Positions 56,274 to 64,000 of a stretch of 64,000 nt of DNA are shown piece after piece. The stretch lies in IMG/VR virus record IMGVR_UViG_3300025771_000019. One strand, written 5' to 3'. Each line of letters begins with the position of its first letter. Position 1 is the stretch's first letter. A program made the translations under genes and the position numbers. The DNA is from an uncultured virus (IMG/VR IMGVR_UViG_3300025771_000019). Lineage: Duplodnaviria > Heunggongvirae > Uroviricota > Caudoviricetes. Below the pieces are notes generated by a model. That model worked only from the letters and a program-made list of their open reading frames with translations. It did no database searches and was not told the origin of the DNA.

Positions 56274-56497
56274 TATTTAATTCCGTTGTTATATTCACTC
56301 ACTAGTTCTTGTATACTATCAATTGCCATATCTAATTGAATATCGGTAATTGGTGGCAATTCTTTCTTGTACATTGCAATGATGATTTCGTCTTCAATCT
56401 TATCGCGATTTACTTTACCATTTTTAATAGGCAAATGAAAACCATTTTGCATAATGTCAATCGCGAGTTCACATGATATCATTACATCTTTGTCCAT
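56273..56497 (-). CDS. Hypothetical protein
   Basis: GGAG RBS; promoter -35 at 56544-56549. Confidence 0.6.
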   Translation of the reverse strand: MDKDVMISCELAIDIMQNGFHLPIKNGKVNRDKIEDEIIIAMYKKELPPITDIQLDMAIDSIQELVSEYNNGIK

Positions 56498-56552
56498 ACT
56501 TTTTCTCCGTATATATCTGTAAATATATTACATAATGAAGAAATGTCAACCC

Positions 56553-57017
56553 TTAATCCCACAAATTTTCATAATATTTTCCAAATAATCTGAAGCCGTT
56601 GCTCATTCGTTCCTGATGCGCCTTCAAGCCGTCACGATCAATCCATTCAAAATCGCCTAGGCCACTATCACTTGGAATATGTGGTCCATAATACTCATCT
56701 TCCCAATTGTCTTTTACTTTTTGTTCAAAGGCCCAGATCATTTCATCCATAATCCAATCCCAACGATCAAAAAACTTAGGATCAGCTGTACCGTCACCTT
56801 CGTATGCACGTTTCCATTTAGTAGTAGGACGCAACTCTTTTGGTACATCACTTGGATCTGTATTAGGAGCGCCGTGCTTTGTTTCTTTCAACTGTTTTAG
56901 CATAGGCAAGATAATCGGTGCAAGGGTATAATCCATGCTCCAAGTATCATAATCGTGTATTGCGACTTCTATCTTTTGCGGCCTATCATCTTTATAGGGC
57001 CCTATATAAACTTTCAT
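56553..57017 (-). CDS. Conserved hypothetical phage protein
   Basis: MKVYIGPY, DTWSMDYTLA.II.PML, RWDWIMDEMIWAF, GFRLFGKYY..LWD. Confidence 0.8.
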   Translation of the reverse strand: MKVYIGPYKDDRPQKIEVAIHDYDTWSMDYTLAPIILPMLKQLKETKHGAPNTDPSDVPKELRPTTKWKRAYEGDGTADPKFFDRWDWIMDEMIWAFEQKVKDNWEDEYYGPHIPSDSGLGDFEWIDRDGLKAHQERMSNGFRLFGKYYENLWD

Positions 57018-57526
57018 TATATAAACAACTCCCAACTTGGATGTTTGATTGTAAATTCCATTTGTTTACGTTTACGAACTAATTCCCAGTAACCAGGTCT
57101 ATATGGTTTATATTTAGGCTTCCAGTCCATCCTGTTTCCTTTAGTAGAATTACAAGAATTGCAGGCTGCTACTATATTGGTCCACTCTGTTTTACCACCA
57201 CGGCTGAGTGGAACAACGTGATCCATAGTCAAATGTGATCTACTAAACTTATATCCGCAATACAAACATTTGTACTGATCGCGTAAATAAAGGTTAGATT
57301 TTGAAAACCTAACCTCTGACTTGGATTTGATATATTGTTTCATCATAATCACAGCGGGAACTTTGGTTTCCCAAGAGGGGCTCCGGACTAGCCAATCGTC
57401 ATACCATTCTAACACATCACATTTATCGTGATAAATGTACCGTATGGCTTCTTTCCAATTAATAACGCTGAGAGGTAGATAGTTGACGGGTTGAGCATCT
57501 GCATTAAGAATCAAAACGTCGGACAT
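57017..57526 (-). CDS. HNH endonuclease
   Basis: RDQYKCLYCG, TMDHVVPLSRGG, N.VAAC..CN..KG. Confidence 0.92.
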   Translation of the reverse strand: MSDVLILNADAQPVNYLPLSVINWKEAIRYIYHDKCDVLEWYDDWLVRSPSWETKVPAVIMMKQYIKSKSEVRFSKSNLYLRDQYKCLYCGYKFSRSHLTMDHVVPLSRGGKTEWTNIVAACNSCNSTKGNRMDWKPKYKPYRPGYWELVRKRKQMEFTIKHPSWELFI

Positions 57527-57546
57527 CTATCTTTCCTTTGCTGCTT

Positions 57547-58413
57547 TTAACTATTTATCTCCAATCTGTACTGATCTTCACACATTTGGTAGATATCTTT
57601 CGTGAGTACACAATATTCTGATAATTCATCAACTACTGAAGCAGTAGCATCACCTTCTCTACGATCTTCGAAAACTCGTTTCATTTCTTTGCCGGTAACT
57701 TTATCCATAGCATCTAAGACTTCAAGAACACTGAATCCTGTATTACTACCAAGGCATTCATACGGAGTATTACGAGGACCTTCTTCTACAGCCTTTACTA
57801 TAGCAGCACTAAGATCACAGACGTGTATATAATCGCGAATGCAAGTACCGTCCCTAGTATCATAATCGTTACCAAAGATGCTAATGTGGGGATATTTTTC
57901 AGCAGCCACCATAGCAGCAACACGAATAAGATGGGTTGGAGCACCCAATTGCCGATTAACGCCATCAGTACCAGAGACATTAAAAAAGCGAAAAATAGTA
58001 TAACCATTGGCTTTCTCCTTAATAATATCTTCAGCAGCCACCTTACTGCGAGCATAAGGCGAAGCCATCTCCCATGCTGATGATGTACTTGCAAAGATAA
58101 AGTTTGGAGTTTTTACTTTGTCAAGCATATTTGATGTGCCCATAGCATTTACACGGTAATACTCCGTGGGCTCTTTAAGTGACTGAGGTACGACACTGCG
58201 ACCGGCCAAATGAACTACAGCATCATATGTACCATGTACAGCAAAGGGATCTGTGACATCTACGGGCTCAAACATATCCACATATTTTGATATATCATTG
58301 TGCTCGCCATGAATATTCGTATCCCAACCATCGACATAATGGCCATACTCTTTAAGCAGTTTACATACATGGCTGCCAATATAACCCGTGGCACCCGTTA
58401 CCAGAACTTTCAT
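57547..58413 (-). CDS. galE: UDP-glucose 4-epimerase-like NAD-dependent epimerase
   Basis: VTGATGYIGSH, HLAG, YARSK, RFFNV, DGTCIRDYIHV.DL, RREGD. Confidence 0.88.
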   Translation of the reverse strand: MKVLVTGATGYIGSHVCKLLKEYGHYVDGWDTNIHGEHNDISKYVDMFEPVDVTDPFAVHGTYDAVVHLAGRSVVPQSLKEPTEYYRVNAMGTSNMLDKVKTPNFIFASTSSAWEMASPYARSKVAAEDIIKEKANGYTIFRFFNVSGTDGVNRQLGAPTHLIRVAAMVAAEKYPHISIFGNDYDTRDGTCIRDYIHVCDLSAAIVKAVEEGPRNTPYECLGSNTGFSVLEVLDAMDKVTGKEMKRVFEDRREGDATASVVDELSEYCVLTKDIYQMCEDQYRLEINS

Positions 58414-58481
58414 ACAATCCTCCTATACATAATAATACTATTCTATAATGTATTTAGCCAAATGTCAACTATAAATAAAGC

Positions 58482-59000
58482 ATGAAACATTTACTATTAC
58501 TTCCACTGATTATATATCTAACAGCATGCTCGAGTGATACCGATTATGCTCTTTCTCGCAAATTGCCAGAATCAAAACAAACTCTAGCTCACAAGGCGTA
58601 TTTCTGGTATGGCTTGTCAGAAGAAAAAGATCGCCAAACAATCAAAGATATTACGGGAGTAGATCCAGTAACTACTGAGTGGTGTGCTGCTTTTGTGAAT
58701 ATGGTGTTACTTGAAAATGAACTACCAACATCAAGATCTGTGAGTGCTTTCCCACTTATGGCTAGATCATTTATAACTTACGGTCAAGAAGTTACAACTC
58801 CCGAAAAGGGAGATATTTTAGTCTTTGAAAGAGGCGAAGCCGGATGGCAAGGCCACGTTGGTTTTTATGTCAGTCAAACCAAAGATATGTCGACCGGTCA
58901 AATTTGGTATAACGTAATTGGCGGAAATCAAAATGATAGTGTTTCCATACAAAAATACCCAGCCGATAAATTAATCACAATACGTAGAGTTTCACTTTAA
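58482..59000 (+). CDS. Lipoprotein, NlpC/P60-CHAP-like amidase (TIGR02594-like)
   Basis: Lipobox LTAC; WCAAFVN, GDI.VF.RG, GHVGFY, GGNQ; late promoter TATAAATA at 58470-58477. Confidence 0.8.
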   Translation: MKHLLLLPLIIYLTACSSDTDYALSRKLPESKQTLAHKAYFWYGLSEEKDRQTIKDITGVDPVTTEWCAAFVNMVLLENELPTSRSVSAFPLMARSFITYGQEVTTPEKGDILVFERGEAGWQGHVGFYVSQTKDMSTGQIWYNVIGGNQNDSVSIQKYPADKLITIRRVSL

Positions 59001-59213
59001 AGTTCTAGGATCAAATTCTAGTGGTATACATACCGCTTGAGTGTTTGGCGGGTAATAACCAGATGGCATTTCAAAAAGAGCTGAAGATAAACTTTCTCTT
59101 GCTTTAAAACAATCTACGTTCGTTGTAAAAAAGCCCATATTTTGTGCGTTAACGTGTAAGGCTTCTTTAGTTGGTAATAACATGACAAGTACTAGTACGT
59201 ATATAGTATTCAT
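58992..59213 (-). CDS. Small exported hypothetical protein
   Basis: Hydrophobic N-terminus, two Cys. Confidence 0.55.
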   Translation of the reverse strand: MNTIYVLVLVMLLPTKEALHVNAQNMGFFTTNVDCFKARESLSSALFEMPSGYYPPNTQAVCIPLEFDPRTLK

Positions 59214-59238
59214 AGCACTGCCTTTTCGGTTGTTAAAT

Positions 59239-59321
59239 TGGTGCCCGTGGCCGGACTCGAACCGGCAAGCCTAAGCGACACATTTTAAGTGTGTTGAGTT
59301 TACCAATTTCTCCACGCGGGC
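59239..59321 (-). tRNA. tRNA-Leu(TAA)
   Basis: Cloverleaf; anticodon arm ACACA-CTTAAAA-TGTGT, variable arm, GGTTCGAGTCC, 3' ACCA. Confidence 0.95.
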
Positions 59322-59326
59322 TTTTC

Positions 59327-59402
59327 TGGTGCCCCCACACGGACTCGAACCGCGGACCTACTGATTACAAATCAGTTGCTCTACCAGCTGAGCTATAGGG
59401 GC
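59327..59402 (-). tRNA. tRNA-Thr(TGT)
   Basis: 76 nt; ACTGA-TTTGTAA-TCAGT, GGTTCGAGTCC, 3' ACCA. Confidence 0.97.
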
Positions 59403-59415
59403 ATTACTTATTTAT

Positions 59416-59493
59416 TGGCCTGCGCTGAGGGACTCGAACCCCCGACCTAGTGCTTAGAAGGCACTTGCTCTAATCCAGCTGAGCTAAGCGCAG
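59416..59493 (-). tRNA. tRNA-Arg(TCT)
   Basis: AGTGC-CTTCTAA-GCACT, GGTTCGAGTCC, 3' GCCA. Confidence 0.95.
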
Positions 59494-59602
59494 ATTCTTT
59501 AAGCGTTATCAATAAAACGCTGGAAAATTTTCTCTGGTATCATACAAAGCTGTATATAAACAGCCCAGAAACCAATATTCCAAATGATGATTTCAGGCCA
59601 GT

Positions 59603-60061
59603 TCATTTACGAAACTCCACTTGATACCACTTGCCATCATGTTTAAATTTGATGATGCTGTGAGAATAAACTGATTTATTTTGATTTTCATACAGTGTTT
59701 TAGTCTCACATTTCTCTTGAAGGCGGTAGCCAACAATTTTGTCACTACCTTTTTGTGCCTTATCAGCTCCAATAATACCACCAATTACTGCACCTGCTGC
59801 AGCACCTTGGTCATTACCAGAAGCGCCTTTACCAAGTAGACCACCAATAATCATACCCATCAAAGCACCGCCCGCGGCATCACCTTGTTCATTAGAGTAT
59901 ACGGGTACTTCTACCTCATAACACTCAGTATGCTGAAAAGGAACTCGCTGAGTTACGTAACGATATTCGTCAGTGATAGTAGCTTGCACTTTATCAGCAT
60001 AAGCTGGCGCTGCTACCAATAGAGCTAGAGCACTAACTCCAATCTTTGATATCATAGACAT
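59603..60061 (-). CDS. Glycine-zipper 2TM exported protein
   Basis: Signal peptide; GALMGMIIGGLLG...GAVIGGIIG. Confidence 0.8.
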   Translation of the reverse strand: MSMISKIGVSALALLVAAPAYADKVQATITDEYRYVTQRVPFQHTECYEVEVPVYSNEQGDAAGGALMGMIIGGLLGKGASGNDQGAAAGAVIGGIIGADKAQKGSDKIVGYRLQEKCETKTLYENQNKSVYSHSIIKFKHDGKWYQVEFRK

Positions 60062-60312
60062 CTTTATAAACCTTTTCTGTGTCATTGTGGCCGTGGCGAT
60101 ATCCCACAACATATCCAATTACTCCACCAAGGATTGTACAAATTAAAGCCATTTCTGTTACAATACTCATGATGCTCACCCTTGTTGAATAAAGTTTGGT
60201 TGAATGCTACTACAACCATTGCAGTATTCAAATGGATCTGAGTATCCAAAAACAGCTAGCATGCCGTCGTATTCTTGTTCTATCATGTTTGATTCCTTCT
60301 TATTATTATATT

Positions 60313-60343
60313 AATATAGTACTTTCTTGGAGAATGTCAACCC
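60313..60343 (-). promoter_or_regulatory. Early sigma70-like promoter (upstream of small ORFs and tRNA cluster)
   Basis: GGGTTGACA-N16-TATATT. Confidence 0.8.
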
Positions 60344-60717
60344 TTTCTTTGAAATTTTTTCACAAATTCTAAAAGAATTTTCTCCGATCGTTCTCTGGCT
60401 TCTTGTTCCCACCAACAAGTGTCATAGTTGTAACCCTTGTCAAGAAGCTCTCCAAGATTATCATACATGAACTGCTTCACATGAACCATTTCGTGGGCTA
60501 TACTAGTATATATCTGGCTTATGTTCTTGTTCTTCTTAGAAATCAAAATTAAATAGTTATCTTCATCAATATCAATACACAGGCCAGACTTATCGTTTAC
60601 GATCTTATCTTCTGCAACAATCTCAATACTCTTTGGCCAAGCTGGCAAATTCTCGCAGCAAAAACGAGTAAAGTGAGTTGTGAGTTTTGGATCTAATCCT
60701 TTTACCTTAACTTTCAT
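60337..60717 (-). CDS. Zincin-like metallopeptidase (HEXXH)
   Basis: IAHEMVHVKQF, WWEQEA. Confidence 0.7.
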   Translation of the reverse strand: MKVKVKGLDPKLTTHFTRFCCENLPAWPKSIEIVAEDKIVNDKSGLCIDIDEDNYLILISKKNKNISQIYTSIAHEMVHVKQFMYDNLGELLDKGYNYDTCWWEQEARERSEKILLEFVKKFQRKG

Positions 60718-60958
60718 CTCTGTACAACGTAGTTCTGCTATTGATTGCTTGATGAATGATTTTCCACTTTACCCATGCTTCCATGCAATGTTCTATTTCT
60801 TTATAGAAGATAGCATTGAGCAACCAAACTAAATGCCATTTACCATTTCTTTTCCTTTCCCACTGAGCTGCAGAAAAAGATTGATTTAACCTGCCACCAA
60901 TTATAACATTAAAAAGAATAGAAGTGGCAATAATTATTCTTTTAAAGTACATTTTCAT
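60707..60958 (-). CDS. Hypothetical protein
   Basis: S..FNVIIGG..NQSFSA..W motif; coupled ORF. Confidence 0.6.
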   Translation of the reverse strand: MKMYFKRIIIATSILFNVIIGGRLNQSFSAAQWERKRNGKWHLVWLLNAIFYKEIEHCMEAWVKWKIIHQAINSRTTLYRDES

Positions 60959-62299
60959 TTAATCTAATCCCTGTAGATCACTCTCATATTGTTTTGCGGG
61001 GGTTGTTTTATTCCAGAAATTTAATTCTGCTTGAGTTGATTTAATTTCTTTGGCTAGTTCCTTTACCATTTCATCTGTCAAGCTCATGATATTGATACGT
61101 AGCAATCTATCAACGTCAGATTCAATAGCATGTGTATTTTGTAGTATCTGATCGCCAACATCTTTCTTCTTACGGTTTTTAAACACGATGCGATCGTCAA
61201 GTACTGCTTGAATAAATTGCATCTTCACATTAAGCCAACGAAGATCTTCTTGAGCTTCTTCTCTACGCTTCTCAATTCGTTGTTGTAGTATACCAAGACG
61301 ATAGTCGACAAAGTCTTTGATTAAAAGACGCTCATCATCATACTCACGAAGCTTTCCGTCCGGACCAATTACTGTAAGGTTTTCACTTAATGGCTTACTC
61401 AGCTTGAATTTAGAAATAATCTTAGCATCATTCCAGTTTGCTGAAGTGTTTTGCTTTAATTTGATTTCAAAAGAGAAACCAGTCTTATCACAAAGATCTT
61501 CATATGATACGATGTCACCATCATCTTCAAGCTTATCAAGTACCTTAACATATGATTCACGATCAAAACCATATGGAACTTCAGTAATCATCATTACTGT
61601 TTTGGTTTTCTTATGATACTTACCATAAACAATGTGGCGATCTTCAACAGGATCATAGTCGACTCGTCCTTTGAACTCAGGAAATGACACTGGAGCCTTG
61701 TTGGTTATATTACCATCCGACAAGTATTCACGAACGAGGCGAGAGAGGTCGTCTACTGATCGTGGAAGGATGTTTGTAGCAAAACCAGTGGCAATACCCT
61801 TAGTTCCATTAGCCAATACCAAAGGAAGTACTGGTAGATAGAATGCTGGTGGTTCGTGTTCCGGATCGGGGTGTGCGGGGGCCAGGTCAACATCGCGAAT
61901 ATACTTCTCAAAGTTTTCGCTTAAGCGCGTGTAAACATAACGTGCTGCGCCTGCTTCTTGAACTAGTCGAGTACCAAAGGAACCACGACCCTCGACTAGG
62001 CAGACATTGTTATTCCACGTTGCAGCCATTAGTTGCCCGGCCCCCGCGGCAGACGTCTCTCCATGATTGTACCCATAGTCTGATATAATACCTGCAACAG
62101 CGGATACTTTCTTAAAGTCACGCTTTGAGTTGAGGATACTGCTATAAAGGTAGAACCTTTGGACAGGCTTTAACCCGTCAATCATATTAGGAATCGCTCG
62201 TGATTCCACGGTGTACATTGCAAATGATTTCCACTCGTTGGATGCAACCTTCGAGATTGGATATTCATTTTCTTCAACTGTAAATTCCATCAATGACAT
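60959..62299 (-). CDS. gp52: DNA topoisomerase II medium subunit (gp52)
   Basis: RAIPNMIDGLKPVQR, YNHGE, GSFGTR, AARY (catalytic Tyr), GIATGF. Confidence 0.96.
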   Translation of the reverse strand: MSLMEFTVEENEYPISKVASNEWKSFAMYTVESRAIPNMIDGLKPVQRFYLYSSILNSKRDFKKVSAVAGIISDYGYNHGETSAAGAGQLMAATWNNNVCLVEGRGSFGTRLVQEAGAARYVYTRLSENFEKYIRDVDLAPAHPDPEHEPPAFYLPVLPLVLANGTKGIATGFATNILPRSVDDLSRLVREYLSDGNITNKAPVSFPEFKGRVDYDPVEDRHIVYGKYHKKTKTVMMITEVPYGFDRESYVKVLDKLEDDGDIVSYEDLCDKTGFSFEIKLKQNTSANWNDAKIISKFKLSKPLSENLTVIGPDGKLREYDDERLLIKDFVDYRLGILQQRIEKRREEAQEDLRWLNVKMQFIQAVLDDRIVFKNRKKKDVGDQILQNTHAIESDVDRLLRINIMSLTDEMVKELAKEIKSTQAELNFWNKTTPAKQYESDLQGLD

Positions 62300-62352
62300 G
62301 ACGAACCCTTTTTCAATTTATAGTACCATTCTATCACAGTTTTTGGTATATG

Positions 62353-62562
62353 TCAACCAAAATATTTTTCAAGCATGTCTAAAACGTCTTGATATTTAGC
62401 CATTTCAAGGATTTCTGTTTCCATCGCCTCAAACACATCAGGGTGCTCGCCAATTCCTGCTGGATTATTAAGATATACTTCGACGTTCATTCTATGTTTT
62501 TGAATATGTCCGTGGGCATGAGCCTTCATTGCTTCAATCATTACTTCTTGTTCTAGTGCCAT
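62353..62562 (-). CDS. Conserved hypothetical phage protein (NPAGIGEHPD)
   Basis: AAGGAG RBS; motif recurring in marine T4-like phages. Confidence 0.8.
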   Translation of the reverse strand: MALEQEVMIEAMKAHAHGHIQKHRMNVEVYLNNPAGIGEHPDVFEAMETEILEMAKYQDVLDMLEKYFG

Positions 62563-62573
62563 TATTTTTCTCC

Positions 62574-64000
62574 TTATTGGAACATGTAGTCTTTACGTAA
62601 TTGCGAATCTTTTCCAAACATCATTTGGAACATACCAGCATCGTCAACCGTAACTGTGTCGTACACTGGTTTATTGATAATAGTATCATATTCTTCTTCC
62701 GTCAAACTTCCCAAACCTTTGATGTAGCGATGTTTCCACCCATCTTTGCTTGACTTAAATTCATTCGCCTCTTCATATGTATAAAACCACTTGATTTGAG
62801 ATCCTTTTGTAGAAATCATAATAGGCGTTCTAGTGATCTTGACTTTCTTTTCAAGAAGAAGCCGTGGCCAAAACTTGTAAAAGAAGGCAATTAAAAGAGG
62901 ACTAATGTGGCCGATACCATCATGGTCAGCATCAGTCAGTGTTGCAATATGTTCATATGTCATATCATCAACTGAGTTTGGATTTGTAATATCCAATCCA
63001 AGAACTGAGATCAATTCTGAGAGCTCTTTGTTCTTAAGAACATCAGCAGGTTTCATATCCCACGTGTTCATAATAACACCACGAAGAGGATAAGCACCCA
63101 CCTTATTTGGATCACGTACTTTGAGAAGGAAGCCCATCGCTGAGTCACCCTCCACAATTTTCAAAGTAGCATCATCCTTATTTGCTGCAATATGCTTAGC
63201 CACTTTAACCTTACGCAATTTCTTTTGAGCAAGAGTAGCAGCTCGTTTGTCTGCAGCGATTTTCTTTGCAAGCTGAGCCTCAATAATCGGATCAATAATA
63301 GATGGAGTATTCAGGATCTTACGAGCAAAGAAATCAGCCTCACGAATGCCAGACGCAATCGCATGTTCCTTTACATTACCCATTGGATTCGTCAGTCTTT
63401 CTTTTGTCTGCGAGTCAAATTTTGGGTTAGTAAAGTTCTTAGCGAACATGACAAACGTGAGACCGTTCTTAATTGTCGACTTGACAACTTCGATTTTATG
63501 CTTGCGCTTAATCATAGTTGTAAGTTCTTCAACAATACCATTCACGATAAAGTCTACATATGTACCACCTTGTCGTGTATTCACACCATTTACAAATGAG
63601 TTGTTACGGAAACCATCTTCAGATGTAGTGATGAAGAATGAAAGATCTTCAGTTTTCTCGATGATTGCTTCTTCACCAAAAAGCTCAGCATACTTTTTCA
63701 GGTTGTTGACCTTGATGCGTCGCTTATTAAAAGAGAATGCAATTTCAGGGAATGCCATTTGAAGCGAAGACAAACGATCTTCAACTAAAGCAACTGTATC
63801 GAGTTCTTGTAAACTGTCGACTTCGAACAAATCGAAATCAGGAGTAAACCAAACTTCGGTTCCGTTTCCGTCTTTTGGAGTTTGCTTTTCACGAATATCC
63901 TCTGCACCATTCTTACATTCAACTGTAAGCATATTGCCGTTAGACCAAGTCTTACCGACAAACTTAGATGATAAGAAGTTAGTAGCAGCCGAGCCAACAC
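62574..64000 (-). CDS. gp39: DNA topoisomerase II large subunit (gp39+gp60 fused), 5' end outside window
   Basis: SFVNG, FDSQTKERL, EGDSA, PLRG, TDADHDG.GHI, YIKGLGSL. Confidence 0.95.
   Translation of the reverse strand, partial: VGSAATNFLSSKFVGKTWSNGNMLTVECKNGAEDIREKQTPKDGNGTEVWFTPDFDLFEVDSLQELDTVALVEDRLSSLQMAFPEIAFSFNKRRIKVNNLKKYAELFGEEAIIEKTEDLSFFITTSEDGFRNNSFVNGVNTRQGGTYVDFIVNGIVEELTTMIKRKHKIEVVKSTIKNGLTFVMFAKNFTNPKFDSQTKERLTNPMGNVKEHAIASGIREADFFARKILNTPSIIDPIIEAQLAKKIAADKRAATLAQKKLRKVKVAKHIAANKDDATLKIVEGDSAMGFLLKVRDPNKVGAYPLRGVIMNTWDMKPADVLKNKELSELISVLGLDITNPNSVDDMTYEHIATLTDADHDGIGHISPLLIAFFYKFWPRLLLEKKVKITRTPIMISTKGSQIKWFYTYEEANEFKSSKDGWKHRYIKGLGSLTEEEYDTIINKPVYDTVTVDDAGMFQMMFGKDSQLRKDYMFQ

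Noticed and set aside
57017..57526. HNH as an intron-encoded homing endonuclease
   Set aside because: It is free-standing between intact genes, with no interrupted host gene or intron structure visible.
1047..63762. Many short antisense or nested ORFs in the track (e.g. 1047+, 5304+, 20225+, 28595+, 63192+, 63346+)
   Set aside because: They overlap well-supported genes on the opposite strand or frame and lack RBS or recognisable motifs.
60959..64000. T4 gene 60-style translational bypass or intein in topoisomerase
   Set aside because: The large subunit is one continuous gp39+60 ORF in the visible part and gp52 has normal length.

Overview
This window is a 64-kb segment of a T4-like (Tevenvirinae/Kyanoviridae-style) myovirus genome, AT-rich and read in the standard genetic code. 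An IbpA-type sHsp with a ROSE-like leader suggests, but does not prove, a proteobacterial (perhaps alpha) host. In order: (i) a baseplate/tail module (gp7-like, gp6, gp25, M15 peptidase, gp5, hub, split gp53, gp48, gp4, gp2, tube initiator, gp26/gp51, tape-measure-like); (ii) sHsp, dUTPase-like, regA, gp62, gp44, gp45, DexA; (iii) a DNA-hypermodification cluster (gp42-type dCMP hydroxymethylase, GT-B glycosyltransferase, UDP-galactopyranose mutase, C5 methyltransferase, UDG-like, dCMP deaminase, Nmad1); (iv) small early genes behind repeated sigma70-like promoters; (v) a ~12-kb tailoring-enzyme island (nitroreductase, methyltransferases, 2OG-Fe oxygenases, TauD, desaturase, glycosyltransferases, radical SAMs) next to fibre-like genes; (vi) a ~410-nt structured ORF-free unit with its own promoter and terminator (candidate novel ncRNA); (vii) a late operon of exported proteins, including pilin-like and pilus-chaperone-like proteins, followed by metallothionein-like micro-ORFs, a lipase and holin-like genes; (viii) galE, three tRNAs and topoisomerase II subunits. 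All product calls come from motif recognition by eye; no database searches were run.
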